Shown here: one piece after another, positions 1 to 8,113 of the stretch
How positions within the stretch are numbered: the stretch's first letter is position 1
Layout of the letters: each line of letters opens with the position of its first letter
Assembly (NCBI GenBank): GCA_030625325.1
Contig: DAOURA010000001.1
Coordinates: forward strand, 1,579-65,578
Origin: Marinosulfonomonas sp.
GTDB taxonomy: Bacteria > Pseudomonadota > Alphaproteobacteria > Rhodobacterales > Rhodobacteraceae
Reading direction: 5' to 3'
Length of the DNA stretch: 64,000 nucleotides
Translations under genes and position numbers: made by a program
Notes under the pieces: generated by a model
Seen by the model: the letters and a program-made list of their open reading frames with translations, nothing else
Database searches by the model: none
Told to the model about the DNA's origin: nothing

Positions 1-295
1 CTTCCGTCGCACCCGATTGAAAGCGTGCCGTTGCGGCCATCCATTCGCCGAGGTCCACGCCGAAATCCACTAGCAACGAATTTTTTTCCTTTGTGAACAA
101 CATCCACAGGAATTGAACCAAGGCCAGTACCGCCAATACGGTTTCGGCCAGCGCAAACATCGCCGCAAGTACCAGCATCAGCAGACCGCGCATCCAAATA
201 CCCTTGGGCGGATCGAATGACTGACCACCTTCATCAGGCTCTTTCAATTCAACCGGGTCGATCATGTCGTCAAATTCCTTGTTTGGTGTAACCAT
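1..295 (-). CDS. small membrane protein, hypothetical; 3' end cut by window edge
   Basis: My own minus-strand translation from the ATG (complement of 293-295) gives MVTPNKEFDDMIDPVELKEPDEGGQSFDPPKGIWMRGLLMLVLAAMFALAETVLAVLALVQFLWMLF... and stays open to position 1. It has two hydrophobic helices. It is absent from the ORF track because no stop lies in the window. Confidence 0.45.
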   Translation of the reverse strand, partial: MVTPNKEFDDMIDPVELKEPDEGGQSFDPPKGIWMRGLLMLVLAAMFALAETVLAVLALVQFLWMLFTKEKNSLLVDFGVDLGEWMAATARFQSGATE

Positions 296-310
296 ATCTA
301 TGTCCCCTTT

Positions 311-1288
311 TCAGTTTGCGGAATTATCCGCGTCAAATACCATATCAATCATCGCCTGCGTGCCACGCGCGTTTTCCAGCGTCCACGGGTAATCAACCCC
401 GGTGCGCACGGTGCGGCCAAAATTTTCCACCTGATTGACGTAGTGCTTATCACTTGGAAACCGTTCAACCATATCCGTGCGGTCAGGGCGATAAACCGTG
501 ACTTTTGGCTCAGCAAACAGTTCGGCATTAAACGGCGCGTTCAGGCGCATGACACCCTTATCACCGTGAAAGGTCATTTCCTGCCGGTTGGCCATACGCA
601 TGGACGTGATCGCAGAATAGGTGAACCCCGGAAAATCCGCCAGAATATGGGCGTAGGTGTCCACGTCATTTTCCCGCTTAATGTCGGTATGGGTGATTTT
701 CACGGGCTCTTGCCCGGTCACATAACGGGCCGACCCGTAGGTATAAACACCAATATCACGGATGCCACCGCCACCGGTTTCCGGGCGGTTTCGAATGTTG
801 TCAGCATCATCATTGAAATAGCTGAACACCCCATCCACGTGGACCAGATTGCCAATTGCACCGCTTTCATACAGGGCCTTGGCGCGTTGCCACTGTGGGT
901 GGTGAACGATCATATAGGCCTCGGCCACCAACAGGCCGGTGTCGTCACGCAGCGCAATCAGTTCGTCAATTTCCGGCGCGCACATGGCAATAGGTTTTTC
1001 ACATAAAACGTGTTTGCCTGCGCGCAGGGCCTTTTTTACCCATTCCACATGCATGTGATTTGGCAGCGGGATATAGACCGCTTCCACCTGATCATCGGCC
1101 AGCAGGTCGTCATAGGACAGGTGCACCCTGATATCGGGTGCCAGATCCTGAAACGGTGCCGCCTTATCGGCACTGGACGTGGCCAGCGCAAACAGCCGTG
1201 TATTTTGGGCCTGATGGATTGCAGGGGCCATATGGTGCAGGGCAAAGTTTGACGCGCCCAAAACCCCCCAGTTTAATGGATTACTCAT
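311..1288 (-). CDS. Gfo/Idh/MocA family oxidoreductase
   Basis: The N-terminal Rossmann motif WGVLGASNFA and the EKP motif (LCEKPIA) are typical of the family. I moved the start to the ATG at 1288 (MSNPLNW), which is preceded by a GAGGGA Shine-Dalgarno sequence. Confidence 0.85.
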   Translation of the reverse strand: MSNPLNWGVLGASNFALHHMAPAIHQAQNTRLFALATSSADKAAPFQDLAPDIRVHLSYDDLLADDQVEAVYIPLPNHMHVEWVKKALRAGKHVLCEKPIAMCAPEIDELIALRDDTGLLVAEAYMIVHHPQWQRAKALYESGAIGNLVHVDGVFSYFNDDADNIRNRPETGGGGIRDIGVYTYGSARYVTGQEPVKITHTDIKRENDVDTYAHILADFPGFTYSAITSMRMANRQEMTFHGDKGVMRLNAPFNAELFAEPKVTVYRPDRTDMVERFPSDKHYVNQVENFGRTVRTGVDYPWTLENARGTQAMIDMVFDADNSAN

Positions 1289-1345
1289 GGTTCCCTCACA
1301 TTTTTTTTGCACTATGTCAGGATTACACCCAAGGCGAACCGGCGT

Positions 1346-2242
1346 TCAAGCCTGTTCCAGTATTCCCTTGTCCGCCGCCAGTTCCTGCATGCGTTTTTGC
1401 AGCTTTTCAAAGGCGCGCACTTCGATCTGGCGAATGCGTTCGCGGCTGACGCCGTACTGGCCTGACAGTCCTTCAAGGGTGATGGGTTCTTCCTTTAGGC
1501 GACGCTGCATCAGGATGTCTTTTTCACGGTCATTCAGCACATCCATGGCTGCAACCAGCATGTCGTGACGAATATCCAGTTCATCCTTTTTTTCGTAATC
1601 GCCGGCCTGATCCGCACTTTCGTCTTCCAACCAGTCCTGCCATTGGGCGGTTCCTTCGCCTTCGGCGCCCACTGTCACGTTCAGGGATGCATCCCCGCCT
1701 GACAGGCGGCCATTCATGGAAATGACTTCCTTTTCGGTGACACCCAGATCTGTGGCGATACGCTGTACATTTTCAGGGCGCAGATCGCCGTCTTCAAAGG
1801 CACCAATGCGCGCCTTGGCCTTGCGCAGGTTGAAAAACAGCTTTTTTTGCGCGCTTGTTGTGCCCAGTTTTACAAGGCTCCAACTGCGCAGCACGTATTC
1901 CTGAATGCTGGCGCGGATCCACCACATTGCGTAGGTCGCCAGACGAAACCCTTTTTCCGGGTCGAACTTTTTGACCGCCTGCATCAAGCCAACATTGGCC
2001 TCTGAAATGACTTCGGCCTGGGGCAATCCATATCCGCGATAGCCCATGGCGATTTTTGCAGCCAAACGCAGGTGCGACGTGACAAGTTGGTGCGCGGCAC
2101 CACTGTCTTCGTGGTCCACCCAGTTTTTGGCCAGCATATATTCCTGTTCCGGCTCAAGCATCGGAAATTTGCGGATTTCCTGCAAATAGCGGTTCAGCCC
2201 CTGCTCGGGGGATGGTGCCGGAAGGTTTGTATAGTTGCTCAT
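1346..2242 (-). CDS. rpoH: RNA polymerase sigma-32 (heat-shock sigma factor)
   Basis: Sigma-70 family regions 2-4 are present, plus an RpoH-box-like QKKLFFNLRKAK. Length is 298 aa. Confidence 0.95.
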   Translation of the reverse strand: MSNYTNLPAPSPEQGLNRYLQEIRKFPMLEPEQEYMLAKNWVDHEDSGAAHQLVTSHLRLAAKIAMGYRGYGLPQAEVISEANVGLMQAVKKFDPEKGFRLATYAMWWIRASIQEYVLRSWSLVKLGTTSAQKKLFFNLRKAKARIGAFEDGDLRPENVQRIATDLGVTEKEVISMNGRLSGGDASLNVTVGAEGEGTAQWQDWLEDESADQAGDYEKKDELDIRHDMLVAAMDVLNDREKDILMQRRLKEEPITLEGLSGQYGVSRERIRQIEVRAFEKLQKRMQELAADKGILEQA

Positions 2243-2390
2243 ATAGTTTGCCCCTTTTTTACGCCTAATGTATCAAGGCTTAACATTACATAGGTCCCCC
2301 CGGCGCACTGTTCAAGATGCGAGGTTAACGACATTTATTTAACGCCATATGTATATGGTTCCGTCGTTATGCCAGAAATATTTCAGGGCT

Positions 2391-3437
2391 TCACGCAACT
2401 GTGCCGGATGCGCCGCCCCGCATGGTGTCTATCAATTCGGCCATATCATCGGGCAATGGTGCCTCAAATCGTACATTTTCGCCTGTAACCGGGTGAACGA
2501 ACCCCAAAACGGCCGCATGCAGCGCCTGGCGGGGAAAGGCCATTGCCGCGTCAACCGCCACCTGCCCGACGGCCTTGACGTTCAGCTTGCGACGTCCGCC
2601 ATAGGTCTGATCACCGACCAATCCGTGGCCCACATGGGCCATATGCACCCTGATCTGATGGGTGCGCCCGGTTTCAAGCCAGCATTCAACCAACGCCACA
2701 ACCGGCGGCGTGCCCAAACGTTCAACCAGCCGCACCCGCGTTACCGCGTGGCGCCCGCCCTGAAACGACACCGCCTGTTTTTGGCGGTCGGTGCGGTGGC
2801 GCCCCAGGTGGGTGGTGATTTTCATCACATTGCCGGGTTCAAAATTTACCCCCTTAACGCCGCGCACCCTTGGGTCGGCGGAATCGGGCACACCATTCAC
2901 AAGGGCGGTGTATTTGCGCTCAACACTATGTTTTTCAAACTGCGTGGCCAGCCCGTGATGGGCCGCGTCAGATTTTGCCACCACCAGCAGGCCACTGGTA
3001 TCCTTATCAATCCGATGCACGATGCCGGGGCGTTTTTCACCGCCAACACCTGACAGCTTACCCCCGAAATGGTGCAACAATGCATTGACCAGCGTACCCC
3101 CCGGCGTGCCGGGCGCGGGATGCACCACCATGCCAACGGGTTTATTGATAATGATCAGATCGTCGTCTTCCCACACGACGTCCAGCGGTATGTCTTCCGG
3201 GGTGATATGGCTTTCAACAGGGGCCGGCAGGGTGATGGTGTAAACGTCACCTTCTTGCACACGGGCACGTTGATCAACCACGGCCAGCCCATTCTTTTCA
3301 ACCGCACCCTCGGCAATTAAACGCACCAAACGAGAGCGCGACAGCTCTGCCCCCTCTGGCACGTCGCGCGCCAGTGCCTTATCAAGGCGCTTGGGTGGAT
3401 TTGGCCCGATTTCGACCAATAAGGGTAAGGACGACAT
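2391..3437 (-). CDS. rluD: RluA-family 23S rRNA pseudouridine synthase (RluD-like, S4 domain plus catalytic domain)
   Basis: The catalytic motif HRIDKDTSGLLVVAK and the motif GRTHQIRVH are present. The tracked ORF extends to 3638, but its first 67 aa look non-native, so I moved the start to MSSLPLL (ATG complement of 3435-3437). Confidence 0.9.
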   Translation of the reverse strand: MSSLPLLVEIGPNPPKRLDKALARDVPEGAELSRSRLVRLIAEGAVEKNGLAVVDQRARVQEGDVYTITLPAPVESHITPEDIPLDVVWEDDDLIIINKPVGMVVHPAPGTPGGTLVNALLHHFGGKLSGVGGEKRPGIVHRIDKDTSGLLVVAKSDAAHHGLATQFEKHSVERKYTALVNGVPDSADPRVRGVKGVNFEPGNVMKITTHLGRHRTDRQKQAVSFQGGRHAVTRVRLVERLGTPPVVALVECWLETGRTHQIRVHMAHVGHGLVGDQTYGGRRKLNVKAVGQVAVDAAMAFPRQALHAAVLGFVHPVTGENVRFEAPLPDDMAELIDTMRGGASGTVA

Positions 3438-3744
3438 GGAAGAAGCTCCGATTTCTGAGGCACAGATGAAAAGCCTGCGGTTCTTGCGTATTCTGGTGAC
3501 GGTACTGACCGCAACCATGATTATCGGCCTTCTAACCATTGTTGCGCTTTTTGTCATCCGCTTCTCTGGGGATCGGGTGACAGTTGTTGTCCCCAAAGCA
3601 ATTGTCCTGCCCGACGGCACACGGGCCACGGCATTCACCCAAGGGCGCGACTGGTACGCGGTGGTTACGGATGGCGATGAAATATTAATCTATGACGGGG
3701 TTACAAATAAACTGCGCCAACGGGTGAACGTTGGCGGGCAATAG
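3436..3744 (+). CDS. small single-pass membrane protein (hypothetical)
   Basis: The protein begins MEEAPISEAQMKSLRFLRILVTVLTATMIIGLLTIVALFVI, with one TM helix. It is divergent from rluD. An alternative start is the ATG at 3466. Confidence 0.5.
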   Translation: MEEAPISEAQMKSLRFLRILVTVLTATMIIGLLTIVALFVIRFSGDRVTVVVPKAIVLPDGTRATAFTQGRDWYAVVTDGDEILIYDGVTNKLRQRVNVGGQ

Positions 3745-3777
3745 GCGGCAAGGCAAGCCTGCGGAAATGTGGGGGAA

Positions 3778-3854
3778 TGGTACCGCCTCCCCGGCTTGAA
3801 CGGGGGACCCCTGGTTCCACAAACCAGTGCTCTAACCAACTGAGCTAAGGCGGC
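3778..3854 (-). tRNA. tRNA-His (anticodon GUG), alpha-proteobacterial type
   Basis: The reverse complement GCCGCCTTAGCTCAGTTGGTTAGAGCACTGGTTTGTGGAACCAGGGGTCCCCCGTTCAAGCCGGGGAGGCGGTACCA folds as a 77-nt cloverleaf. The anticodon loop is TTGTGGA. It has G1-U72, A73 and an encoded CCA; the base at -1 is T, not G. Confidence 0.9.
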
Positions 3855-4017
3855 ACGCAAGGGGGATTTATCGGTGCATGCGCATGATTGCAAGGGGACA
3901 AGGGGTGCATTTTTGGGGCAGATGCACACAAGGACCGCAGAACCGGCTGTTTCGCGAACAATGCTTGCCTTGATCACCCCAAGGCGATAGGTCGCCTGCA
4001 AAAGACGGGATCAAGAT

Positions 4018-4209
4018 ATGAGCATCAACAAACAAAGCGAAACGGTCGCCAACATCCAGATTGGCCCAACGTCACTGGGGATGGTCCGCATTTACATCGA
4101 AGGAAATGGCATTGAATTGCCACTTGATTTTGACCCAGAAGAGGCCCGCGAAATCGCGGATGAAATTACCGCCGCCGCGAAACTGGCCGAGGCTATGGGC
4201 AAAAAATAG
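4018..4209 (+). CDS. small conserved-looking hypothetical protein (63 aa)
   Basis: A clean ORF with an acidic C-terminal helix (DFDPEEAREIADEITAAAKLAEA). No motif was recognised. Confidence 0.45.
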   Translation: MSINKQSETVANIQIGPTSLGMVRIYIEGNGIELPLDFDPEEAREIADEITAAAKLAEAMGKK

Positions 4210-4218
4210 CGCCCCGGC

Positions 4219-4440
4219 TTACGTAAGAACCTGACCGGGCGCCACCAATTCAAACCCGGTAATTTCAAATTCGTATAATTCGCCACTGCCATCTGGTTTT
4301 TGCGCCCGGGCAATCAGTTTCCCATCCCTATGGAAAACCGCGTGTGTCGTGTGCAAAGCGCGATAGCACCAGTCGCCATCCGGGTAATAATACTTCAACA
4401 TCCTAGTTTTCCTTTTTCCATCGTTTTCCAGAGCCCACAA
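4219..4440 (-). CDS. hypothetical protein (61-73 aa)
   Basis: The ORF is convergent with the previous gene. The likely start is the internal ATG at 4401 (MLKYYYPDGDW). No motif was recognised. Confidence 0.35.
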   Translation of the reverse strand: MWALENDGKRKTRMLKYYYPDGDWCYRALHTTHAVFHRDGKLIARAQKPDGSGELYEFEITGFELVAPGQVLT

Positions 4441-4839
4441 TAAACAGGGATGACGAAAACTGTGCGGATAGCAAACTATGCGTTAGTACGAACAAAGCAT
4501 GAACAAACGCAAGCGCATTGTATTCTGCCAGAATTGTTTTCACGTTTTCACCCTTGCCGAACCGGTTGGCGGGCACTACCTAAGTTGGCGGCGGGTTCTG
4601 CCCTTCTCGTGTACGGGGTCCAATTCCGGTGGCCTTAAATAAATCCGAGGGAGCTGGCTCTGTTTGGACCCTGGTTCACTTACCTGGCACCCACCTGTAA
4701 AATCAGGCTTCGGGAATTTACGTACCCCAACGGTCGCACTTTGGTGGTCCCGCCACACCAACCTTGCACGTCACTTGATATTTCGCCCCGGATCGGGTCA
4801 GGTTTCACCGGTAACAAATCCAATAAGGGACACCTGAAC

Positions 4840-5088
4840 ATGCTAAGCATAATGCCCTACCCCATTGCCAAAATTCAGGTGCCGGCCAAGCGGGCCAAGA
4901 CCCGCGATGCGGCCAAGGTTGAAGAAATCGCCAACAGCATTCTGGAAGAAGGTCAACTGACGCCAATTCAGTTGCGCGCGGCGGGGGATAAGTTTGTTCT
5001 GATTGAAGGCCTGCACCGGTTAGAGGCCTTAAAGGCGCTGGGCGAAACCGAGGTTGACGGCTATCTGGTGCAGGCACGCCGCCACTAG
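4840..5088 (+). CDS. stand-alone ParB/sulfiredoxin N-terminal-domain protein (82 aa)
   Basis: The sequence IQVPAKRAKTRD...LTPIQLRAAGDKFVLIEGLHRLEALKALG matches the ParB N-domain pattern (..v.r....y.li.G.hR..A...lG). I moved the start to the ATG at 4840 (MLSIMPYP). Confidence 0.7.
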   Translation: MLSIMPYPIAKIQVPAKRAKTRDAAKVEEIANSILEEGQLTPIQLRAAGDKFVLIEGLHRLEALKALGETEVDGYLVQARRH

Positions 5089-5096
5089 GGAGTGGA

Positions 5097-5735
5097 ATGA
5101 AACAGCTGCGACTTTTTAAATTCGCAATGTCTGCCATCCTTGCCGGGGTGTTTTTGACCGGCTGTGCCTTTCCCGAATATGGTGTCGTAGTGGATTATGC
5201 CAGCGCCCGAACCGAGCGGGCTAAATTAGTCATGCCACCAAATGCCCCGTCTATTTCCCAACAGTTCCGCCTGAAGGCCGCAAAAGACCTGTCGGGCCAA
5301 CCAACGGGGGAACATTTCGGCATCGACATCCGCGCACATATCGGCACACCGGTGCTGGCCGCCGCCCCGGGCAAGGTGATCGCGTCTTATTATGAACCTA
5401 TGTACGGCAATCATCTGGTGATTGAGCATGCCACCAACGGGGCCAGGTTGCGGATGCAGACCCAACACCTGCACCTGCAACAGCGCATGGTTCGGGTTGG
5501 TGACAGGGTCGTGCGGGGCCAACAGATCGCAACACTGGGGGCAAGCGGGGTATTGGCCGGGGGGCTGGCCCATTTACATTTTGAAGTTCACCGGGAAACC
5601 CGGAAGCGCATTATCAAACCCGCCGATCCCCACCTTTTTTGGGCAGGCGGGATTGGCCGGATAACATGCTTTGACCCAAAAAATGCAAAAACCTATGGGC
5701 CAAGACAGATCACCTATCCGGTGGCCTGCCAATAG
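5097..5735 (+). CDS. M23 family metallopeptidase, lipoprotein
   Basis: A lipobox (FLTGC) is present, along with HFGIDI, GNHLVIEH and HLHFEVH, which are the HxxxD / HxH zinc motifs of LytM/M23. Confidence 0.85.
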   Translation: MKQLRLFKFAMSAILAGVFLTGCAFPEYGVVVDYASARTERAKLVMPPNAPSISQQFRLKAAKDLSGQPTGEHFGIDIRAHIGTPVLAAAPGKVIASYYEPMYGNHLVIEHATNGARLRMQTQHLHLQQRMVRVGDRVVRGQQIATLGASGVLAGGLAHLHFEVHRETRKRIIKPADPHLFWAGGIGRITCFDPKNAKTYGPRQITYPVACQ

Positions 5736-5804
5736 AGGTTTTGCAGGGCAAATTTTCGAAAAATCAGGTAATATACGATCAGGCGCGGCGCACCCTAGCC
5801 GGGC

Positions 5805-6266
5805 TTAAAACGCGTCGGGCTTGGCTTCCCTTGCCATGTGATCCAGCACAGCGTTAACAAATTTTGCCTCTTTTCCCTCTGGGAAAAATGCTTTGGCCAC
5901 ATCGACAAATTCAACGATCACCACCTTTGGTGGCGTGTTGATATGGGACATTTCAGCGCCTGCGGCGCGAAACAGGGCGCGCAGGGTTGGATCAATGCGG
6001 GCAATCGGCCATTTGGCAACCAGTGCCCGATCAGTCATCTGATCAATAGCCGCCTGATAATTCACGGCACCTTCAACCAGTTCACGAAACAGGTTCAGGT
6101 TCCCCTCGGCCATTTCGTCACCTTCGTAGGTGGCGCCAAAACGGTGGTCTTCGAATTCTGCAGTGATCGCTTCTATGGTCTGATCAGTGCTTTCCATCTG
6201 AAACAGGGCCTGCACCGCGTAAAGGCGGGCGGCGGATTTCATCTGGCGTTTGTCTGGTTTGCTCAT
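5805..6266 (-). CDS. nusB: transcription antitermination factor NusB
   Basis: The N-terminus ARLYAVQALFQME is NusB-like, the length is 153 aa, and the gene sits in the usual position after ribH. Its start overlaps the ribH stop. Confidence 0.92.
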   Translation of the reverse strand: MSKPDKRQMKSAARLYAVQALFQMESTDQTIEAITAEFEDHRFGATYEGDEMAEGNLNLFRELVEGAVNYQAAIDQMTDRALVAKWPIARIDPTLRALFRAAGAEMSHINTPPKVVIVEFVDVAKAFFPEGKEAKFVNAVLDHMAREAKPDAF

Positions 6267-6808
6267 GTGGTTTTCGGGCCTTTGTTACCGCCTGCCATCA
6301 GGGTGTTTTCCGACTGAAAGCCGATGCCACCCTTTGAACGGCCCCATTTGCGCGTTAGTGCGATAAGATGCAAGGCCGCAGCGGCCGCACCACCACCTTT
6401 ATTTTGATCGCTCGGGTCTGCGCGCACCTCTGCCTGTTGGCGGTTTTCCACGGTCAGGATGCCATTTCCGATACAACAGGCATCAAGCCCCAGCAATTGT
6501 AGGGCGCGCGAACTGTCATTGCACACAGTATCATAATGGGTGGTTTCCCCCCGGATCACACAACCAAGGGCGACAAAACCATCAAAATCAGACTGCCGGT
6601 CGGCGATGCGGATTGCAGTGGGGATTTCCAGCGCACCGGGCACCTGAACCACGTCATAACTGGCGCCGGCCTGTTCCAGCGTGGCCTTGGCCCCGGCCAG
6701 CATATTATCGGCGATATCCTTATAATAAGGTGCCACAACGATCAGCACCTTTAGCGGGTCACTGAAACTTGGCAGATCAAGGATGTGGTGGTTTTCAGTG
6801 CTGGCCAT
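6263..6808 (-). CDS. ribH: 6,7-dimethyl-8-ribityllumazine synthase
   Basis: VPGALEIP, GCVIRGETTHYD and NGILT are lumazine synthase motifs. I moved the start to MASTENHH (6808), abutting the ribB stop. Confidence 0.9.
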   Translation of the reverse strand: MASTENHHILDLPSFSDPLKVLIVVAPYYKDIADNMLAGAKATLEQAGASYDVVQVPGALEIPTAIRIADRQSDFDGFVALGCVIRGETTHYDTVCNDSSRALQLLGLDACCIGNGILTVENRQQAEVRADPSDQNKGGGAAAAALHLIALTRKWGRSKGGIGFQSENTLMAGGNKGPKTT

Positions 6809-6809
6809 A

Positions 6810-7928
6810 TCAGGTGTCCGTTGGAATAGGGTGGGTGCCGACGATGGATAAACCATAAGCGTCCAGACCGATCACGTTAGGAATAGGCGAATTGGTCAGC
6901 AATGTCAGGGCCGAAAGGTTCAGGGCCGCCAGAATTTGCGCCCCCAGCCCGTATTGGCGCAGGGTTTGCGGGGATTGTTCATCACCGCGCACCAGCTTCA
7001 TGCCGGTGTCGCGCATCATCACAATCACGCCGCGCCCGGCCTTTGCGATCACCTGCATGGCATTTTCCAGATCACTGCTGGTGCGTCCGATGCCCAGCAC
7101 GTCTTCCACCGGGTTCAGGGAATGGACCCGCACCAGCACAGGTTCATCGGTGGAAATGTCCCCCTTGGACAGAACCACATGTTCGTCCCCATGGGTTTCA
7201 TCAACAAATATCCGCATCTGCCAGTCGCCGCCAAAGGCCGAGCTGACGATGCTTTGGGATGTTTCGCGCACAAGGTGGTCATTGCGACGACGATAGCGGA
7301 TCAGATCAGAAATCGTACCGATGTTCAGCTTATGATGCTGTGCAAAGCCCACAAGATCCGGCAGGCGGGCCATGGTACCGTCGTCATTCATGATCTCACA
7401 GATCACGCCTGATGGGTTCAGCCCGGCAAGGCGGCTGATGTCAACGGCGGCCTCTGTATGACCAGCGCGCACCAGCACACCCCCGTCACGCGCGCGCAGC
7501 GGAAACACATGGCCCGGTGTGGCGATGTCCTGGGGGCCATTGTTTTCGTCAATTGCGGCGGCCACCGTCAGGGCGCGGTCATGGGCAGAGATACCCGTTG
7601 TGACGCCCTCTCGGGCCTCAATTGAAATGGTAAAGGCGGTTTCATGGCGTGACGAATTATAGGACGCCATCAGTGGCAGGCCCAGGGCATCAATGCGTTC
7701 ACTGGTCAGGGTCAGGCAGATCAGGCCGCGCCCGTAGGTGGCCATGAAATTCACAGCTTCAGGTGTGGCCATCTGGGCGGGAATAACCAGATCGCCTTCG
7801 TTTTCTCGATCTTCGTGATCCACAAGGATGAACATGCGCCCGTTGCGCGCGTCTTCGATGATATCTTCGATCGGGGAAACCGCATCAAGGATATCCTGGT
7901 TCGGGGATACGGGGTTATTGGTGTTCAT
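6810..7928 (-). CDS. ribB: 3,4-dihydroxy-2-butanone-4-phosphate synthase fused to a degenerate GTP cyclohydrolase II-like domain (RibBX type)
   Basis: The N-terminal half carries DRENEGDL and GHTEAAVD, which are DHBP synthase motifs. The C-terminal half aligns to GCH II, but the zinc-ligand Cys cluster is missing: it reads VRVHSLNPVEDVLG where HSECLTGD..C.C is expected. Confidence 0.88.
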   Translation of the reverse strand: MNTNNPVSPNQDILDAVSPIEDIIEDARNGRMFILVDHEDRENEGDLVIPAQMATPEAVNFMATYGRGLICLTLTSERIDALGLPLMASYNSSRHETAFTISIEAREGVTTGISAHDRALTVAAAIDENNGPQDIATPGHVFPLRARDGGVLVRAGHTEAAVDISRLAGLNPSGVICEIMNDDGTMARLPDLVGFAQHHKLNIGTISDLIRYRRRNDHLVRETSQSIVSSAFGGDWQMRIFVDETHGDEHVVLSKGDISTDEPVLVRVHSLNPVEDVLGIGRTSSDLENAMQVIAKAGRGVIVMMRDTGMKLVRGDEQSPQTLRQYGLGAQILAALNLSALTLLTNSPIPNVIGLDAYGLSIVGTHPIPTDT

Positions 7929-8057
7929 GGGGGGGACTCACCTTAGCTGTGTTTGCTGCCAGATAACTGAAACGATCGCCAAGCGCCAGACAACACAAGG
8001 GCGCGGGGTCGTGTCGCAATTGTACGAAACCATTAAGTGGGAATTGCCCCCGCCGGG

Positions 8058-8100
8058 GGCAAGCCTGCGGCGCGGATATTTAAACGAAAAAGAAACCGGC
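8058..8100. repeat. intergenic repeat element, 3'-half copy A (ribE/ribB spacer)
   Basis: GGCAAGCCTGCGGCGCGGATATTTAAACGAAAAAGAAACCGGC aligns with the 3' halves of 22741-22816 and 34437-34514. Its first 13 nt also recur at 3752-3764. Confidence 0.6.
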
Positions 8101-8113
8101 ACGGATTTGGGGG

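Noticed and set aside
2345-2358. The palindrome CCATAT-GT-ATATGG between rluD and rpoH, as a possible operator or terminator. Also a TTAA..TTAA string at 2322-2342 as a possible CtrA box.
   Set aside because: The stem is short and made of A/T pairs, so stability is negligible. The TTAA spacing is 10 nt rather than the N7 of the CtrA consensus. There is not enough support for either call.
4441-4839. Cobalamin riboswitch, SRP (4.5S) RNA, 6S RNA or two-piece alpha-tmRNA in the 400-bp gap.
   Set aside because: Hand comparison on both strands found none of the expected signatures: no B12 box or GGGAA..GGTG.AA.CC..CCCCCGCAACTGTAA core, no GGAAGGAAGCAGCC-like SRP domain IV motif, and no T-arm plus CCA or tag-peptide ORF for tmRNA. 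I kept it only as a low-interest unassigned structured region.
7929-8113. Possible FMN (RFN) riboswitch in the leader of ribB, suggested by a GGGGGCAATTCCCAC string and a GCCCCC/GGGGGC hairpin on the minus strand.
   Set aside because: The highly conserved RFN core strings I know are absent (GGGTGAAATTCCC.ACCGGCGGT, AGCCCGCGAGC, CCGACAGT.AAAGTCTGGATG). Half of the spacer (8058-8100) is better explained as a copy of the dispersed intergenic repeat. An Infernal scan with RF00050 would settle it.
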